Source of the DNA: Candidatus Woesearchaeota archaeon
GTDB taxonomy: Archaea > Nanobdellota > Nanobdellia > Woesearchaeales > ARS49
Length of the DNA stretch: 57,978 bases
Direction: 5' to 3'
NCBI GenBank assembly: GCA_014729555.1
Contig: WJJT01000021.1
Span: 1 to 57,978 of the forward strand
Part shown: one piece after another, positions 25,229 through 34,352 of the stretch
Numbering within the stretch: the first letter of the stretch is position 1
Layout: every line of letters starts with the position of its first letter
Made by a program: the position numbers and the translations under genes
Notes under the pieces: model-generated
Databases searched by the model: none
The model's input: the letters and a program-made list of their open reading frames with translations, nothing else
What the model was told of the DNA's origin: nothing

Positions 25229-26589
25229 ATCTTGATACTTTTTTCAGGGCTGACAGGATTGCTGTAATTGGCGCTTCTAGGGAAGAGGGCAAGGTTGGCA
25301 ATGTTGTTTTCAAAAATTTCTTAGAGGGTTTTGATAAAGAGGTTTTTCCTGTCAATCCTAACGCAGATGAGGTTCTTGGTTACAAATGTTACAAGAGTGT
25401 CAGGGATATTCCTGGAAAACCGGAGTTAGCAATAATCTGTATTCCTGCAAAGTTTGTTCCTGGTGCTGTTATCGAATGCGGCAAGAAAGGGATAAGGCAT
25501 GTTATCATAATCAGTGCTGGTTTCAAGGAGGTCGGCAATGACAGGCTTGAGAAAGATTTGTTTAATGCCCTGAAAAAATATGATATTAAGTGTATTGGCC
25601 CTAATTGCCTGGGTGTTTATGCATCAAGAGGGCATATTGATACATTATTCTTGCCAAAGAATCGGTTAAAGAGGCCTAAGGCTGGTGTTATTTCTTTTGT
25701 TTCCCAGTCTGGTGCTTCTGGCAGTGCTATTCTTGACTTGGCTGCTGAAGAGGGTTTTGGTTTTGCAAAATTCATCAGTTATGGTAATGCGATTAATGTT
25801 GATGAGTCTGATTTGATTGAGTATCTTGGTAATGATGCTGACACTAAAGTGATTTGCTTGTATGTTGAGGGTGTTAAAGACGGCAGGAAATTTCTGGAGA
25901 CCTGTAAAAAGGTTGCTGCTAAAAAGCCGGTTATTGCGATTAAGGGTGGTATTACTGATGCTGGTAAAAAGGCTGCCTTGAGCCACACTGGTTCTTTGGC
26001 AGGCTCTGCAGAGGTTTATTTTGGCGCGTTTAAGCAGGCTGGTGTCACTATTGCGCATACTCTTGAAGAGGTTTTTGATTACATGAAGGTTTTTGAAAAA
26101 GTGCAGGTCAGGCCTAAGGGAAGAAAGATTCAGGTTATCACTAATGGCGGTGGTTTTGGCATTCTTTGTTCTGATGCTGTTGCAGGTCTTGGTCTTGAGA
26201 TGTCTGAGATGTCTTCTGCTGTAAAGAATTCCTTGAAGAAAAAACTCCCTTCTATTGCTGCTGTTGGCAATCCTGTTGATTTGCTTGGTGATGCAACCAC
26301 AGAGCGGTATAGGCTTGCCCTGGATGCCTGCATAAAGGACAAGAATGTTGATGTTATTGTTGCTGTTGTCCTCTCCCAGACTCCCTTGATTGAGAAAGAG
26401 ATAATCACAGATGTTTTAGAGGAGTTTAATAACAGGAAAAAGAAGCCTATTGTTACTGTCACGACCGGCAGCGAGTTTAGTGAGAAATTAAAGCAGGAGA
26501 TTGAGGATTCTGGCCTGCCTTGTTTCAGGTTTCCTTTTAATGCAGTGCGTGCTGTTAAGGCTTATTTAGAGTATTATAAGAAGATTTGA
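25225..26589 (+). CDS. acdA: acetyl-CoA synthetase (ADP-forming) alpha subunit (CoA-binding + CoA-ligase domains)
   Basis: RIAVIGASREEGKVGNVVFKN (CoA-binding Rossmann), ISFVSQSGASGSAILD and LSHTGSLAGS (phosphohistidine loop). ATGA overlap with the upstream gene. Confidence 0.85.
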   Translation: MNLDTFFRADRIAVIGASREEGKVGNVVFKNFLEGFDKEVFPVNPNADEVLGYKCYKSVRDIPGKPELAIICIPAKFVPGAVIECGKKGIRHVIIISAGFKEVGNDRLEKDLFNALKKYDIKCIGPNCLGVYASRGHIDTLFLPKNRLKRPKAGVISFVSQSGASGSAILDLAAEEGFGFAKFISYGNAINVDESDLIEYLGNDADTKVICLYVEGVKDGRKFLETCKKVAAKKPVIAIKGGITDAGKKAALSHTGSLAGSAEVYFGAFKQAGVTIAHTLEEVFDYMKVFEKVQVRPKGRKIQVITNGGGFGILCSDAVAGLGLEMSEMSSAVKNSLKKKLPSIAAVGNPVDLLGDATTERYRLALDACIKDKNVDVIVAVVLSQTPLIEKEIITDVLEEFNNRKKKPIVTVTTGSEFSEKLKQEIEDSGLPCFRFPFNAVRAVKAYLEYYKKI

Positions 26590-26611
26590 AATTCTTTTAA
26601 TTTCAAAATTC

Positions 26612-26630
26612 ACAGAACAGTTAGTTCTGT
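26612..26630. terminator. hairpin between convergent genes
   Basis: ACAGAAC-agtta-GTTCTGT lies between the acdA stop (26589) and the stop of the minus-strand gene at 26647. It is flanked by A/T runs. Confidence 0.3.
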
Positions 26631-26646
26631 TAAATAAATAAAAAAA

Positions 26647-27111
26647 TTATTTTTTCTTTTTCTTGGATTTTTTCTTGCTTTGTTTCTTTGCTGTTTTCTT
26701 TGTTGTTTTTGTGTCACACACCACTGAGTGCGGCTCGTCGTCAAAGTCATAGGTTTCAAGCGGATGGTCTTCCTCTGTAAAGTCATCGTCTTCTTTTATT
26801 GATATTATGGATATCAGCAGTCCTGCTGTGTTGAAGAACAGCATTAGTGCAAATACAAGGAATGATCTTGTCAGCACATACAGGAAGACTGTGTTTGCCA
26901 GGTACAGTGAGAATGCTATTGTGGTTATTGGCCAGCCCCACTTCAACTCTAGCCCTAGCCCGAGTATCAGTCCTAATGCAAGTATTAGCCCTACTACTAT
27001 GAATACCAGTTCTAGTGTAAAGTATGTTGAAAGTTTTGTTTCCAGGTATATTGCTCCCAGGAAATTCAAAAATAGCAGCGCGATTATTGTTATTGTTCTT
27101 ATGATTCCCAT
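26647..27111 (-). CDS. polytopic membrane protein with poly-Lys tail (hypothetical)
   Basis: Four hydrophobic helices, then an acidic linker and KKTAKKQSKKKSKKKKK. Confidence 0.6.
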   Translation of the reverse strand: MGIIRTITIIALLFLNFLGAIYLETKLSTYFTLELVFIVVGLILALGLILGLGLELKWGWPITTIAFSLYLANTVFLYVLTRSFLVFALMLFFNTAGLLISIISIKEDDDFTEEDHPLETYDFDDEPHSVVCDTKTTKKTAKKQSKKKSKKKKK

Positions 27112-27183
27112 TTGTATTACCCCCTAATATCAAAAAGGACAAATAAAGAATATATAAATATTTCTATTCTGGAGTAGTGACTT

Positions 27184-27891
27184 CTAACTGAACCAGCTTG
27201 ATATCCATGCCCAGATTTTTGAAAAAAAGCCTTTTGGTGCTTTTTCTTGTTTTTTCTTTTCTGTTATTTCCACGGTTATTTTTTCCTGTTCTGGCTCTTC
27301 GTTTTTCACCACGACTGGTTCTGGCTCTGCTTCTTTTTCAGTCGGAGTGTCTATCTCTACATCTGTTGTTTCATTAGTGTCTGTACCAGCTGTATCGCCT
27401 GAGTCTGTTTTTGTGCCTTCTTTGGTTATCTTGATTTCGCATTTGCAGTATTCATTGCACAGGCCTATGTTTCCTTCGTCATCAAAGCAGATTTTGTTCA
27501 TTGGGTCGCATTCTTCCCCTTCATCCACGATTGAATCTCCGCAGAATGCTGCTGGTTTTGGTGCTGTGTAGTTTTGGTCTTTTGCTTTTGCTTCTCCTTC
27601 ACCGCCTACGCACTTTCCCATTTCGCATTTTTCAAAGCCCTCTCTTGTGCACTCTATTATTTCTGATTTAATCTGGTCATCATGGTCACAATAGTATTCT
27701 TTAAGGTGTGCGCTTGTGTCCTGTCTTACCTCTGCGCTTGGGCTTAGTATACAGATATCTTCTTTTCCGCTGATTATCTTGGTCTCTCCTTTTTCTGCAT
27801 AGTTTTTTCCGCCGTCTGTGTCTGTGCAATCTGCTGCAGCAGTGCCTGCAAATAACACAAACAACACCAAGAACAGTATGGCCCTTTTCAT
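27184..27891 (-). CDS. secreted modular Cys-rich protein
   Basis: Signal peptide MKRAILFLVLFVLFAGTAAA. A CTDTDGGKNY...EYYC...EC...C module. CGDSIVDEGEECD resembles the CGNG-x-E-x-GEECD Cys-rich repeat. An acidic T/E/P linker follows. Hydrophobic tail GFFSKIWAWISSWFS. Start set at the ATG at 27891. Confidence 0.65.
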   Translation of the reverse strand: MKRAILFLVLFVLFAGTAAADCTDTDGGKNYAEKGETKIISGKEDICILSPSAEVRQDTSAHLKEYYCDHDDQIKSEIIECTREGFEKCEMGKCVGGEGEAKAKDQNYTAPKPAAFCGDSIVDEGEECDPMNKICFDDEGNIGLCNEYCKCEIKITKEGTKTDSGDTAGTDTNETTDVEIDTPTEKEAEPEPVVVKNEEPEQEKITVEITEKKKQEKAPKGFFSKIWAWISSWFS

Positions 27892-27892
27892 T

Positions 27893-28270
27893 TTAGAATT
27901 CCTCGCTTTCAAGTGTTTTTAATAATCCTTTTTTCTTTAAGGCCTGTATTTGTATTGGCCTGTATTTGAATACTACATCTCCTTTGTTATCTGCACTCAG
28001 CTCCCAGGGCTCTATTAAGAGGACGTCTCCCTCTCTTATCCATAGGTGTCTTTTTAGTCTTCCTGGTATCCTGCATATTCTTATCTTGCCGTCCATGCAC
28101 CTGACTTTCATTCTTGAGCCGCCAACCCTCTGTTCGCAGATGCCTATGACTTGGTTTCCCCGTGGTGTAGGGGTTCTTCTCATCATCTCGAGCTTTTGCT
28201 GCTCTTGCTCTTCTGCAGATAACTGCGGTTTATTTTCGCGCGGTTTTCTGCCTTGTGGCTTTTTACCCAT
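27893..28270 (-). CDS. eif1A: translation initiation factor aIF-1A
   Basis: S1-like OB core GICEQRVGGSRMKVRCMDGKIRICRIPGRLKRHLWIREGDVLLIEPWE. Basic/Q-rich N-terminal extension. Confidence 0.9.
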   Translation of the reverse strand: MGKKPQGRKPRENKPQLSAEEQEQQKLEMMRRTPTPRGNQVIGICEQRVGGSRMKVRCMDGKIRICRIPGRLKRHLWIREGDVLLIEPWELSADNKGDVVFKYRPIQIQALKKKGLLKTLESEEF

Positions 28271-28355
28271 ATTTATCTGTTAATGAGGGCTATTTATAAG
28301 GCTTTTGTTTGATACGGCCAAAAAATTTATATACCTTCAAGCAAATATGTGAATT

Positions 28356-28943
28356 ATGGCAGAGGATGTTGCAAGGCTTTTTCAGGAGCATTTTCAGGTT
28401 ATTTATGAACAAGGCGGAAGATGGGAAGCCCGCGCAGTAGAGATTGGCAAACATCTATTGAAAGGAAGTGCAGAGGGTAAGACAATCAGGAATCTTGCTT
28501 GTGCTCTTGTTGAGCAGGCAAAAGACTGGGCAGATGTAGAGCGCAGGCTGAATGCAATTTTTGACCCTCTTCAAAAAGGCCAGGGCGGTGCAAATTACTG
28601 GTTTTATGGCAATAAGCATCTGAAGAAATGTCTTGCCAAAACATATATAAGATTGCTTGGCACTCTTGGATTGCCTGCAGGAAAGGAGCTTGAACGGCTC
28701 TCTAGCAGGCTTTCTGTAATTTTTGGAATCAATATTAAGAAAGAGGTTGCTCCTGCTCAGTTTGTTGAGGAAGAGGTTCCGCATGAAGAGCCTGTTTCTG
28801 TTGAAAAGGGGTTCTGGCCTTTTAAGAGAAAAGTGATTGAAAAGCAGATTGTGATTAAAAAAGTCAGGAAAAAGGCCCGCAGTGCAAGAAAAGCCACAAA
28901 GACTGCTGAAGAATTGATTAAAGAGCTTGCACAGTTTGTTTAA
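28356..28943 (+). CDS. hypothetical protein with basic C-terminus
   Basis: 195-aa ORF with TATA-like TTTATATA near 28327. No recognisable motif. Confidence 0.55.
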   Translation: MAEDVARLFQEHFQVIYEQGGRWEARAVEIGKHLLKGSAEGKTIRNLACALVEQAKDWADVERRLNAIFDPLQKGQGGANYWFYGNKHLKKCLAKTYIRLLGTLGLPAGKELERLSSRLSVIFGINIKKEVAPAQFVEEEVPHEEPVSVEKGFWPFKRKVIEKQIVIKKVRKKARSARKATKTAEELIKELAQFV

Positions 28944-28984
28944 TAAAAACATTTATAAATTCTTACTCTAAAATACTGTTTATT

Positions 28985-29944
28985 ATGGTAAAAAAAAGAG
29001 GTTTTAATATAGCTGGGTTTTTCAAGACACTTGGTGCTGTTCTTGGTTTTTTTATTACAGCAATGATTTTTGTTTTTGTCGGCCTTCTTTTCATTAATGT
29101 CCTGAACTTTTTTTTTACAGAGCCGGTTGTTTTTGATGGTAATGTTGCCTTGATTCCTGTTAAAGGGACTATCACTACTACTGGCGGTACTGATGTCTGG
29201 GCAAAGGGTGGTGTTAAGTCTGGCACTGTTGTGAAGTGGATTCAGGAGGCAGAGGAGGATGACAGCGTTAAGGCCTTGTTTTTTGATATTGATAGTCCTG
29301 GGGGCACGCCTGTTGGAAGTGTTGAGATTGCAGAGGCCATCAATAGGGCTGAAAAGCCTGCTTTTGCTGTGATTCATGAGATGGGCACTTCAGGAGCATA
29401 CTGGGTTGCTTCTGCTGCTGACAAGATTTTTGCTAATCGGCTCTCTACTATTGGCTCTATTGGTGTTAGGAGTTCGTATCTTGAGTTTGCCGGCCTGATG
29501 GATGATTATAACGTGACTTACAGAAGATTGATAGCAGGAAAATACAAGGATATCATGTCTCCTTACAAGGAAATGTCTCTTGAGGAGCAGAAAAAGGTTC
29601 AGGAAAGATTGGACAGATTGCATGAGATTTTTATTAATTCTGTTGCCCAGAACAGGGGCCTTGATATTGAGCACGTGTATGATATTGCAGATGGTTATAT
29701 TTATTTTGGTGATGAGGCTAAAGAGCTTGGCTTGATTGATTTTATTGGCACTACAGAAGATGCCAAGAAGATGCTTGGAAAAGAGTTGAACATCACTGTT
29801 AAGTTCAGGAAGTATAAGGAGAAAAAAGGCTTTTTTGATATGTTTACCAGCGTGATGTATGATGCCTCTTATAAAGTTGGCCAGGGCATTGGTTCTGTTT
29901 GGCTTTCTAGCACAGAGGATTCTGGCCCAGAATTATTTGTTTGA
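28985..29944 (+). CDS. sppA: signal peptide peptidase SppA (S49 family, 36K type)
   Basis: N-terminal TM anchor. DIDSPGGTPVGSVEIAEAI and MGTSGAYWVASAADKIFA (Ser nucleophile region). Lys-containing GKYKD segment. Confidence 0.85.
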   Translation: MVKKRGFNIAGFFKTLGAVLGFFITAMIFVFVGLLFINVLNFFFTEPVVFDGNVALIPVKGTITTTGGTDVWAKGGVKSGTVVKWIQEAEEDDSVKALFFDIDSPGGTPVGSVEIAEAINRAEKPAFAVIHEMGTSGAYWVASAADKIFANRLSTIGSIGVRSSYLEFAGLMDDYNVTYRRLIAGKYKDIMSPYKEMSLEEQKKVQERLDRLHEIFINSVAQNRGLDIEHVYDIADGYIYFGDEAKELGLIDFIGTTEDAKKMLGKELNITVKFRKYKEKKGFFDMFTSVMYDASYKVGQGIGSVWLSSTEDSGPELFV

Positions 29945-31126
29945 TTCTATCTTGTATACTTTGTCGTTCTCTCTTGCTGTGAAGTTTAGTTTTATTCCTA
30001 CCATTTCTTTTTCTGCTTTTTCTACTGGTTTTTTGTTTATCTGCATTGATTCTGTTGTTTGTTCCTGCACTCCTGTTTTTTCTCCTTGTATCATTATCCT
30101 GTCTCCTTTTTTTACTGCGCCTGCATCTAGCTTTACTGCAGCAACACCCTGCTCTTTGAAGAAATTGGTTACATAACCGACATATGTTTTTCTTTGTGCT
30201 GCCTTGCTTCCTCCCCTGTCTGTGAAGTCATCTGCAGTTGGAAGTCCCAGGTAAAACCCGCTTGAAAATCCTCTGTTGTATACTTTTTTAAGTTTTTCAA
30301 CTAGTTTGTCTGCTAATTCTTTGTTAAATTCTCTTTTTTCATAGGCATCTATTGCTTCTCTGTATGCTGACACAACTGTTTTTACATACTCTGGGCTTCT
30401 TACCCTGCCTTCTATCTTAAAGCAGTCTATTCCTGCCTCTATTAGTTTGTCTATAAATGGCAAAGCACAGAGGTCTTTTGGTGACACTACATAATTTTCT
30501 CCAAGCACTAGTTCGTTGTTTTCTTCATCAATGATTTTATATTCTCTTCTGCATGGCTGCAGGCAGTCACCGCGGTTAGCGCTTCTGTTGAACATGTGCT
30601 GGCTCATGAAGCATCTTCCTGAGACACTCACGCACATTGCCCCGTGGATAAATGCCTCTACTTCTATTCCTGAATTTTGTTTTATTGCTTTTACATCCTC
30701 TAGTTTGCATTCTCTTGCTAAGACTATTCTTTCTGCTCCTAGGTTTTTGTAGAATTTTGCTGCTTCTGTGTTTGCAACGCTTGCCTGTGTTGATATATGG
30801 AATGGCATTTCTTGTCTTTTGCACTCCTTTATCACTGCCATGTCCCAGCATATTATGTTGTCTACTCCTGCTTTCTTGGCTCCTGAAATAACTTTTTTTA
30901 CATCTTCTAGTTCATTGTCATAAACTATTGTGTTTACTGTCAGGAATACTTTTACATTATTGTCATGGCACTGCTTCACTATTTCCTGCAGTTCTTCCAG
31001 TGTAAAATTCTTGCCAGTGGCTCTCATGTTTAATTTCTGCAGTCCAAAATAGACGCAGTCTGCTCCTGCATCTATTGCAGCTGTCAGCATTACTCTGTCG
31101 GATACTGGTGCCAATAGTTCTGCCAT
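29933..31126 (-). CDS. peptidase U32 family protein
   Basis: ELLAPVSDRVMLTAAIDAGADCVYFG..., ARECKLEDV, FIHGAMCVSVSGRCFMS and the CxxPCR-like CLQPCRREY are typical U32 motifs. Confidence 0.85.
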   Translation of the reverse strand: MAELLAPVSDRVMLTAAIDAGADCVYFGLQKLNMRATGKNFTLEELQEIVKQCHDNNVKVFLTVNTIVYDNELEDVKKVISGAKKAGVDNIICWDMAVIKECKRQEMPFHISTQASVANTEAAKFYKNLGAERIVLARECKLEDVKAIKQNSGIEVEAFIHGAMCVSVSGRCFMSQHMFNRSANRGDCLQPCRREYKIIDEENNELVLGENYVVSPKDLCALPFIDKLIEAGIDCFKIEGRVRSPEYVKTVVSAYREAIDAYEKREFNKELADKLVEKLKKVYNRGFSSGFYLGLPTADDFTDRGGSKAAQRKTYVGYVTNFFKEQGVAAVKLDAGAVKKGDRIMIQGEKTGVQEQTTESMQINKKPVEKAEKEMVGIKLNFTARENDKVYKIESNK

Positions 31127-31180
31127 GAGAGAAAGAATAGATAAGAGATTTTTAAAGGTATGGTAATATTTAAATAATTA

Positions 31181-31600
31181 ATGCATTTTTCAAAAATCAT
31201 GAGGCTGCTTGCACTCCTTATTTCATTGTTATTTCTTGTAGGCTGTTCAATGCCTGAGATTGAGTCAAGTTATGGTAAAAAAGAATGCTATGATAATGTA
31301 AGGCAAAGCATAACCAGTGAGTTTAAGCAGGATGTATCAAAATTGAATTTTAAAAGAATTCGGTGTGAATCCGTGGGGCGGAGATCGCGGTTTGAGGCAG
31401 AGGGAACAACAGATGGAAAACAGTTTTATGTCTTGCGAGACGCTCAAGGAGGCAGTCCTGGCGGCGGTGGCTGGCTAAGCAGATGCATGGTTGTAGAAGG
31501 TAAAAAAATAATTTCATACTCCAAGCAAGAAGGATTTGCTCATGAAGACCCGCCATACCAGCCAAGGATTTCTAATGAAACTAGATGTGTGTGGGAATAG
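31181..31600 (+). CDS. putative lipoprotein (hypothetical)
   Basis: Signal with lipobox LLALLISLLFLVGCSMPE. 139 aa. Confidence 0.55.
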   Translation: MHFSKIMRLLALLISLLFLVGCSMPEIESSYGKKECYDNVRQSITSEFKQDVSKLNFKRIRCESVGRRSRFEAEGTTDGKQFYVLRDAQGGSPGGGGWLSRCMVVEGKKIISYSKQEGFAHEDPPYQPRISNETRCVWE

Positions 31601-31625
31601 TTATTTCTCAATTCCCTCCCAGTGT

Positions 31626-32618
31626 TTATCTTGTATTCCTAAAAAAAGAATCAACATCTATTTCTGGAAGCTTTATTGTTTTCTTTAACTGTCTGTATTG
31701 ATGCTTTGCTTCTGCTATATGCAGTCTTGCTGTTGTTTTTCTCAGGTATTCTGTCGGCAGTTTTTTGTTTATTATCTCAAAAGAGCGAATTATCTCCCAG
31801 AGCAGATAATGGTGTCTCATCAGTATTGCATAGTTTCTTGCTCTGCTTAAGACTGTTTTGTCTTTTCTTATTTTGTGATACTCTTTCAGGAATAGATTGA
31901 GTAATCTGCCTTTGAAGCCAAGGTTTATCATAACACAGCTTATATCTCTTGCAGGGTCTGATAACTCAAGTGATTCCCAGTCAATTAGTTTTAGCTTATT
32001 GTTTTTTGTTTGTATAATATTCTGGGGATACACATCTCCGTGAGTAAGTCCAATTTTATGCGTTTCTTTTTTTGGCATGGCGTCTTTAATAGAAGTATGC
32101 AGCCTTTTTAATTCACCGGCAAATTCGTTGTTTGTGTATTTGTTGATTTTTCTTTCAAATTCTTTGCTTTGTTTGAGGTTTTCTTTGTAAGAGAGCCATT
32201 TTTTGTCTTTTTTCAATAGTTTGCTTTTTTTGTTATGCAATTTTGCAAGAACAATTGCTAATTCTTTTGCTTGCGCAGCAGTATAATCTCTTTTTCGCAT
32301 CCGGAATGGCTTGCCTCCAATGTATTCAAGGATTATAAAGCTCTGCAGGCAGGATCTGTCTGCTTTATGTAGATAAACTGCTTTGGGCCCTACATCAAGT
32401 CCTTCAATTGCTTTAAGGCAGGCATATTCTTTTTTTACTCTTTCAGTCTCACCGCAGAAGTTCACTCTACATACGAATTTCTTGTTTTTGATGGAAAAAA
32501 TATAGTTAAGGTTGCATTCACCAAGGCCTAGTTTTTTGAAAGAATTTATTTTAATAGAATCAAAACCCAGTTCTGCTGGTTTTATTCTATTTATCGCCTC
32601 TTTTATGCTTTGTTTCAT
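31626..32618 (-). CDS. aminoglycoside/choline-kinase-family phosphotransferase (APH fold)
   Basis: Catalytic loop LTHGDVYPQNII and LIDWESLELSDPARDI. Confidence 0.75.
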   Translation of the reverse strand: MKQSIKEAINRIKPAELGFDSIKINSFKKLGLGECNLNYIFSIKNKKFVCRVNFCGETERVKKEYACLKAIEGLDVGPKAVYLHKADRSCLQSFIILEYIGGKPFRMRKRDYTAAQAKELAIVLAKLHNKKSKLLKKDKKWLSYKENLKQSKEFERKINKYTNNEFAGELKRLHTSIKDAMPKKETHKIGLTHGDVYPQNIIQTKNNKLKLIDWESLELSDPARDISCVMINLGFKGRLLNLFLKEYHKIRKDKTVLSRARNYAILMRHHYLLWEIIRSFEIINKKLPTEYLRKTTARLHIAEAKHQYRQLKKTIKLPEIDVDSFFRNTR

Positions 32619-32620
32619 TG

Positions 32621-33295
32621 CTATTTCTCAATCCCGTCCCAGCTTCCGTGCAGATGTTTTGGAACCATTGAAGTGTCAGCATATATTTTGAATCCTGCGT
32701 TAATCACATCTAAAGAAAACATCATGTCATCAAAGCCTTCTTCATATCTGAACTCAACCTTCTCAAGGACATCTTTGTGAATAAGCACGCAGCTAAAAGA
32801 ACAAGCTTTCAATTCAACTAATTGTTCTTTCTCCAGCTCTTGTTTTGGCAGATACCATAGCCCTGTCGGATCTACTGGATGCTCTACATATGCCATTGGC
32901 ATTAGTTCTATTTTATTGCCTACTGGCAGATTATTGTAAACTATTCCTGATACTATTTTCTTGTCATGCCTTACTAGTTTCTGTATAATATCTGGTTCTG
33001 GAATCACGTCCTGCTCTAAACTCAGGAAATAATCATAATCATTCTCCAGGGCATATTTTCTTATTTTGTTTCTGCTTTGCTTTATTCTCTCTCTTGCACT
33101 GTCATGCCACTCATTTCGAAAGACTTTAAATCCTAGTGCTTCTATCATTTTTGAATACCCGCTTTCTTTGGAATTATCAACAATGAGAACATCAAAATTA
33201 TCATAAGTTAGTTTCTTGAGTGCCTCTGCATACTCTTTCAAGCAGTATTTTTTCCCGTCCCATGTCGGACACCCTACTAATACTTTTGGTTTCAT
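32621..33295 (-). CDS. glycosyltransferase-like protein (putative)
   Basis: N-terminal beta-alpha pattern VLVGCPTWDGKKYCLKEYAEALKKLTYDNFDVLIVDNS resembles GT-A/GT2-like enzymes. No firm DxD assignment. Confidence 0.4.
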   Translation of the reverse strand: MKPKVLVGCPTWDGKKYCLKEYAEALKKLTYDNFDVLIVDNSKESGYSKMIEALGFKVFRNEWHDSARERIKQSRNKIRKYALENDYDYFLSLEQDVIPEPDIIQKLVRHDKKIVSGIVYNNLPVGNKIELMPMAYVEHPVDPTGLWYLPKQELEKEQLVELKACSFSCVLIHKDVLEKVEFRYEEGFDDMMFSLDVINAGFKIYADTSMVPKHLHGSWDGIEK

Positions 33296-33705
33296 ATGTT
33301 TAGCTTGACCTCTTCTCCTATTTGAATGTTGTGTTTTTCTGAAAATCCTGAATTTATTTCAAGCACGTATTTTGCCTCTGCTTTTGGTATATAATTTTTG
33401 CAGGGTTCTTTTTCACACGGTTCTGCAGTTAGGATATCAACTATTGTATTTTCTGAATTGATGAATACCATATCTAGAGGAATTAATGTATTTTTCATCC
33501 AGAAACCGTGTTTTCTTTCTTCGTCAAAGACAAAAAGCATTCCATCATTCTCCCCTAAATGCTCTCTGTGCATAAGTCCTCTTGCCATCTCTGCAGGTGT
33601 TTCAGGCACTTCTACAGACACTTTTGTATCACCTATTTCAACACAAGGCCTGGAAGTGCAGGCAATTAAAGCAAAGAGTAATGGTATTAAGATTGTTTTT
33701 TTCAT
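33292..33705 (-). CDS. DUF192 domain protein, lipoprotein-type signal
   Basis: LLFALIACTS lipobox. MLFVFDEERKHGFWMKNTLIPLDMVFI is the DUF192 core. Confidence 0.75.
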   Translation of the reverse strand: MKKTILIPLLFALIACTSRPCVEIGDTKVSVEVPETPAEMARGLMHREHLGENDGMLFVFDEERKHGFWMKNTLIPLDMVFINSENTIVDILTAEPCEKEPCKNYIPKAEAKYVLEINSGFSEKHNIQIGEEVKLNI

Positions 33706-34316
33706 GGCAGTTCACTTATGTTGATTATGCTCACTTTCTCATCTGCAATCCTGGGGCATGCTGTGTTTACCCAGCACTCTATGAACAGGAAGTTTTCTAG
33801 GTCAGAAGGGTTTAGTGTGTCAAATGCAAATATGTAATATTCTTTGTCTTTTTTTGCAGCTAATTCCAATGCTTTATCTATTCTGTTTTGCCCGTGCTTT
33901 ACTGAAACTAATATTCCTATCTTATTTGAGGAAAGAAATCTTGCCAGTGCTGCGTTTCTTCTTTTTTTGTATTTCTCAATATCTTCATCCTTGACAACAG
34001 ATAGTTTTTGTGTCAAGGGATTCCATTTGAACACTTTCTTGCCTGTCTCTAAAGCAACTGCTATTGGATGAAATTCTCCAGAGCCGATGAAAAGAAATGC
34101 ATCCACTTTGTCTGCTATCTGTTTTGCAGTATCAACATTGCATCCTAATACCTGCCCTCCTTTTACAGCCTCTTTTAACTGTGAGATAACTTTGTCTAAT
34201 TCATGCAGATGCTGTATTGTTGTTACCGCACCCAGCTTTGCAGGCAGTGCATTCAGAGCTGATTCTGATAGTTTTGGATCTGCTGTTGATTTTGCAGGTA
34301 TGTGCAGTATTTTCAT
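33702..34316 (-). CDS. dph2: diphthamide synthase Dph2, C-terminal two domains only (split gene, part 2)
   Basis: TTIQHLHEL, GQVLGCN, AFLFIGSGEFHPIAVAL, IGILVSVKHGQ and ECWVNTACPRIA line up with domains 2-3 of archaeal Dph2 (about 340 aa). The N-terminal domain is absent here. Confidence 0.8.
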   Translation of the reverse strand: MKILHIPAKSTADPKLSESALNALPAKLGAVTTIQHLHELDKVISQLKEAVKGGQVLGCNVDTAKQIADKVDAFLFIGSGEFHPIAVALETGKKVFKWNPLTQKLSVVKDEDIEKYKKRRNAALARFLSSNKIGILVSVKHGQNRIDKALELAAKKDKEYYIFAFDTLNPSDLENFLFIECWVNTACPRIADEKVSIINISELP

Positions 34317-34352
34317 ATTAAAAATGAAAAAATAGAAGATATAAAAAGGTAT

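Noticed and set aside
20746-26589. Separate acdA and acdB genes as another 'split gene'
   Set aside because: Separate alpha and beta subunit genes are the normal state for archaeal ADP-forming acyl-CoA synthetases. Only the divergon context is reported as a finding.
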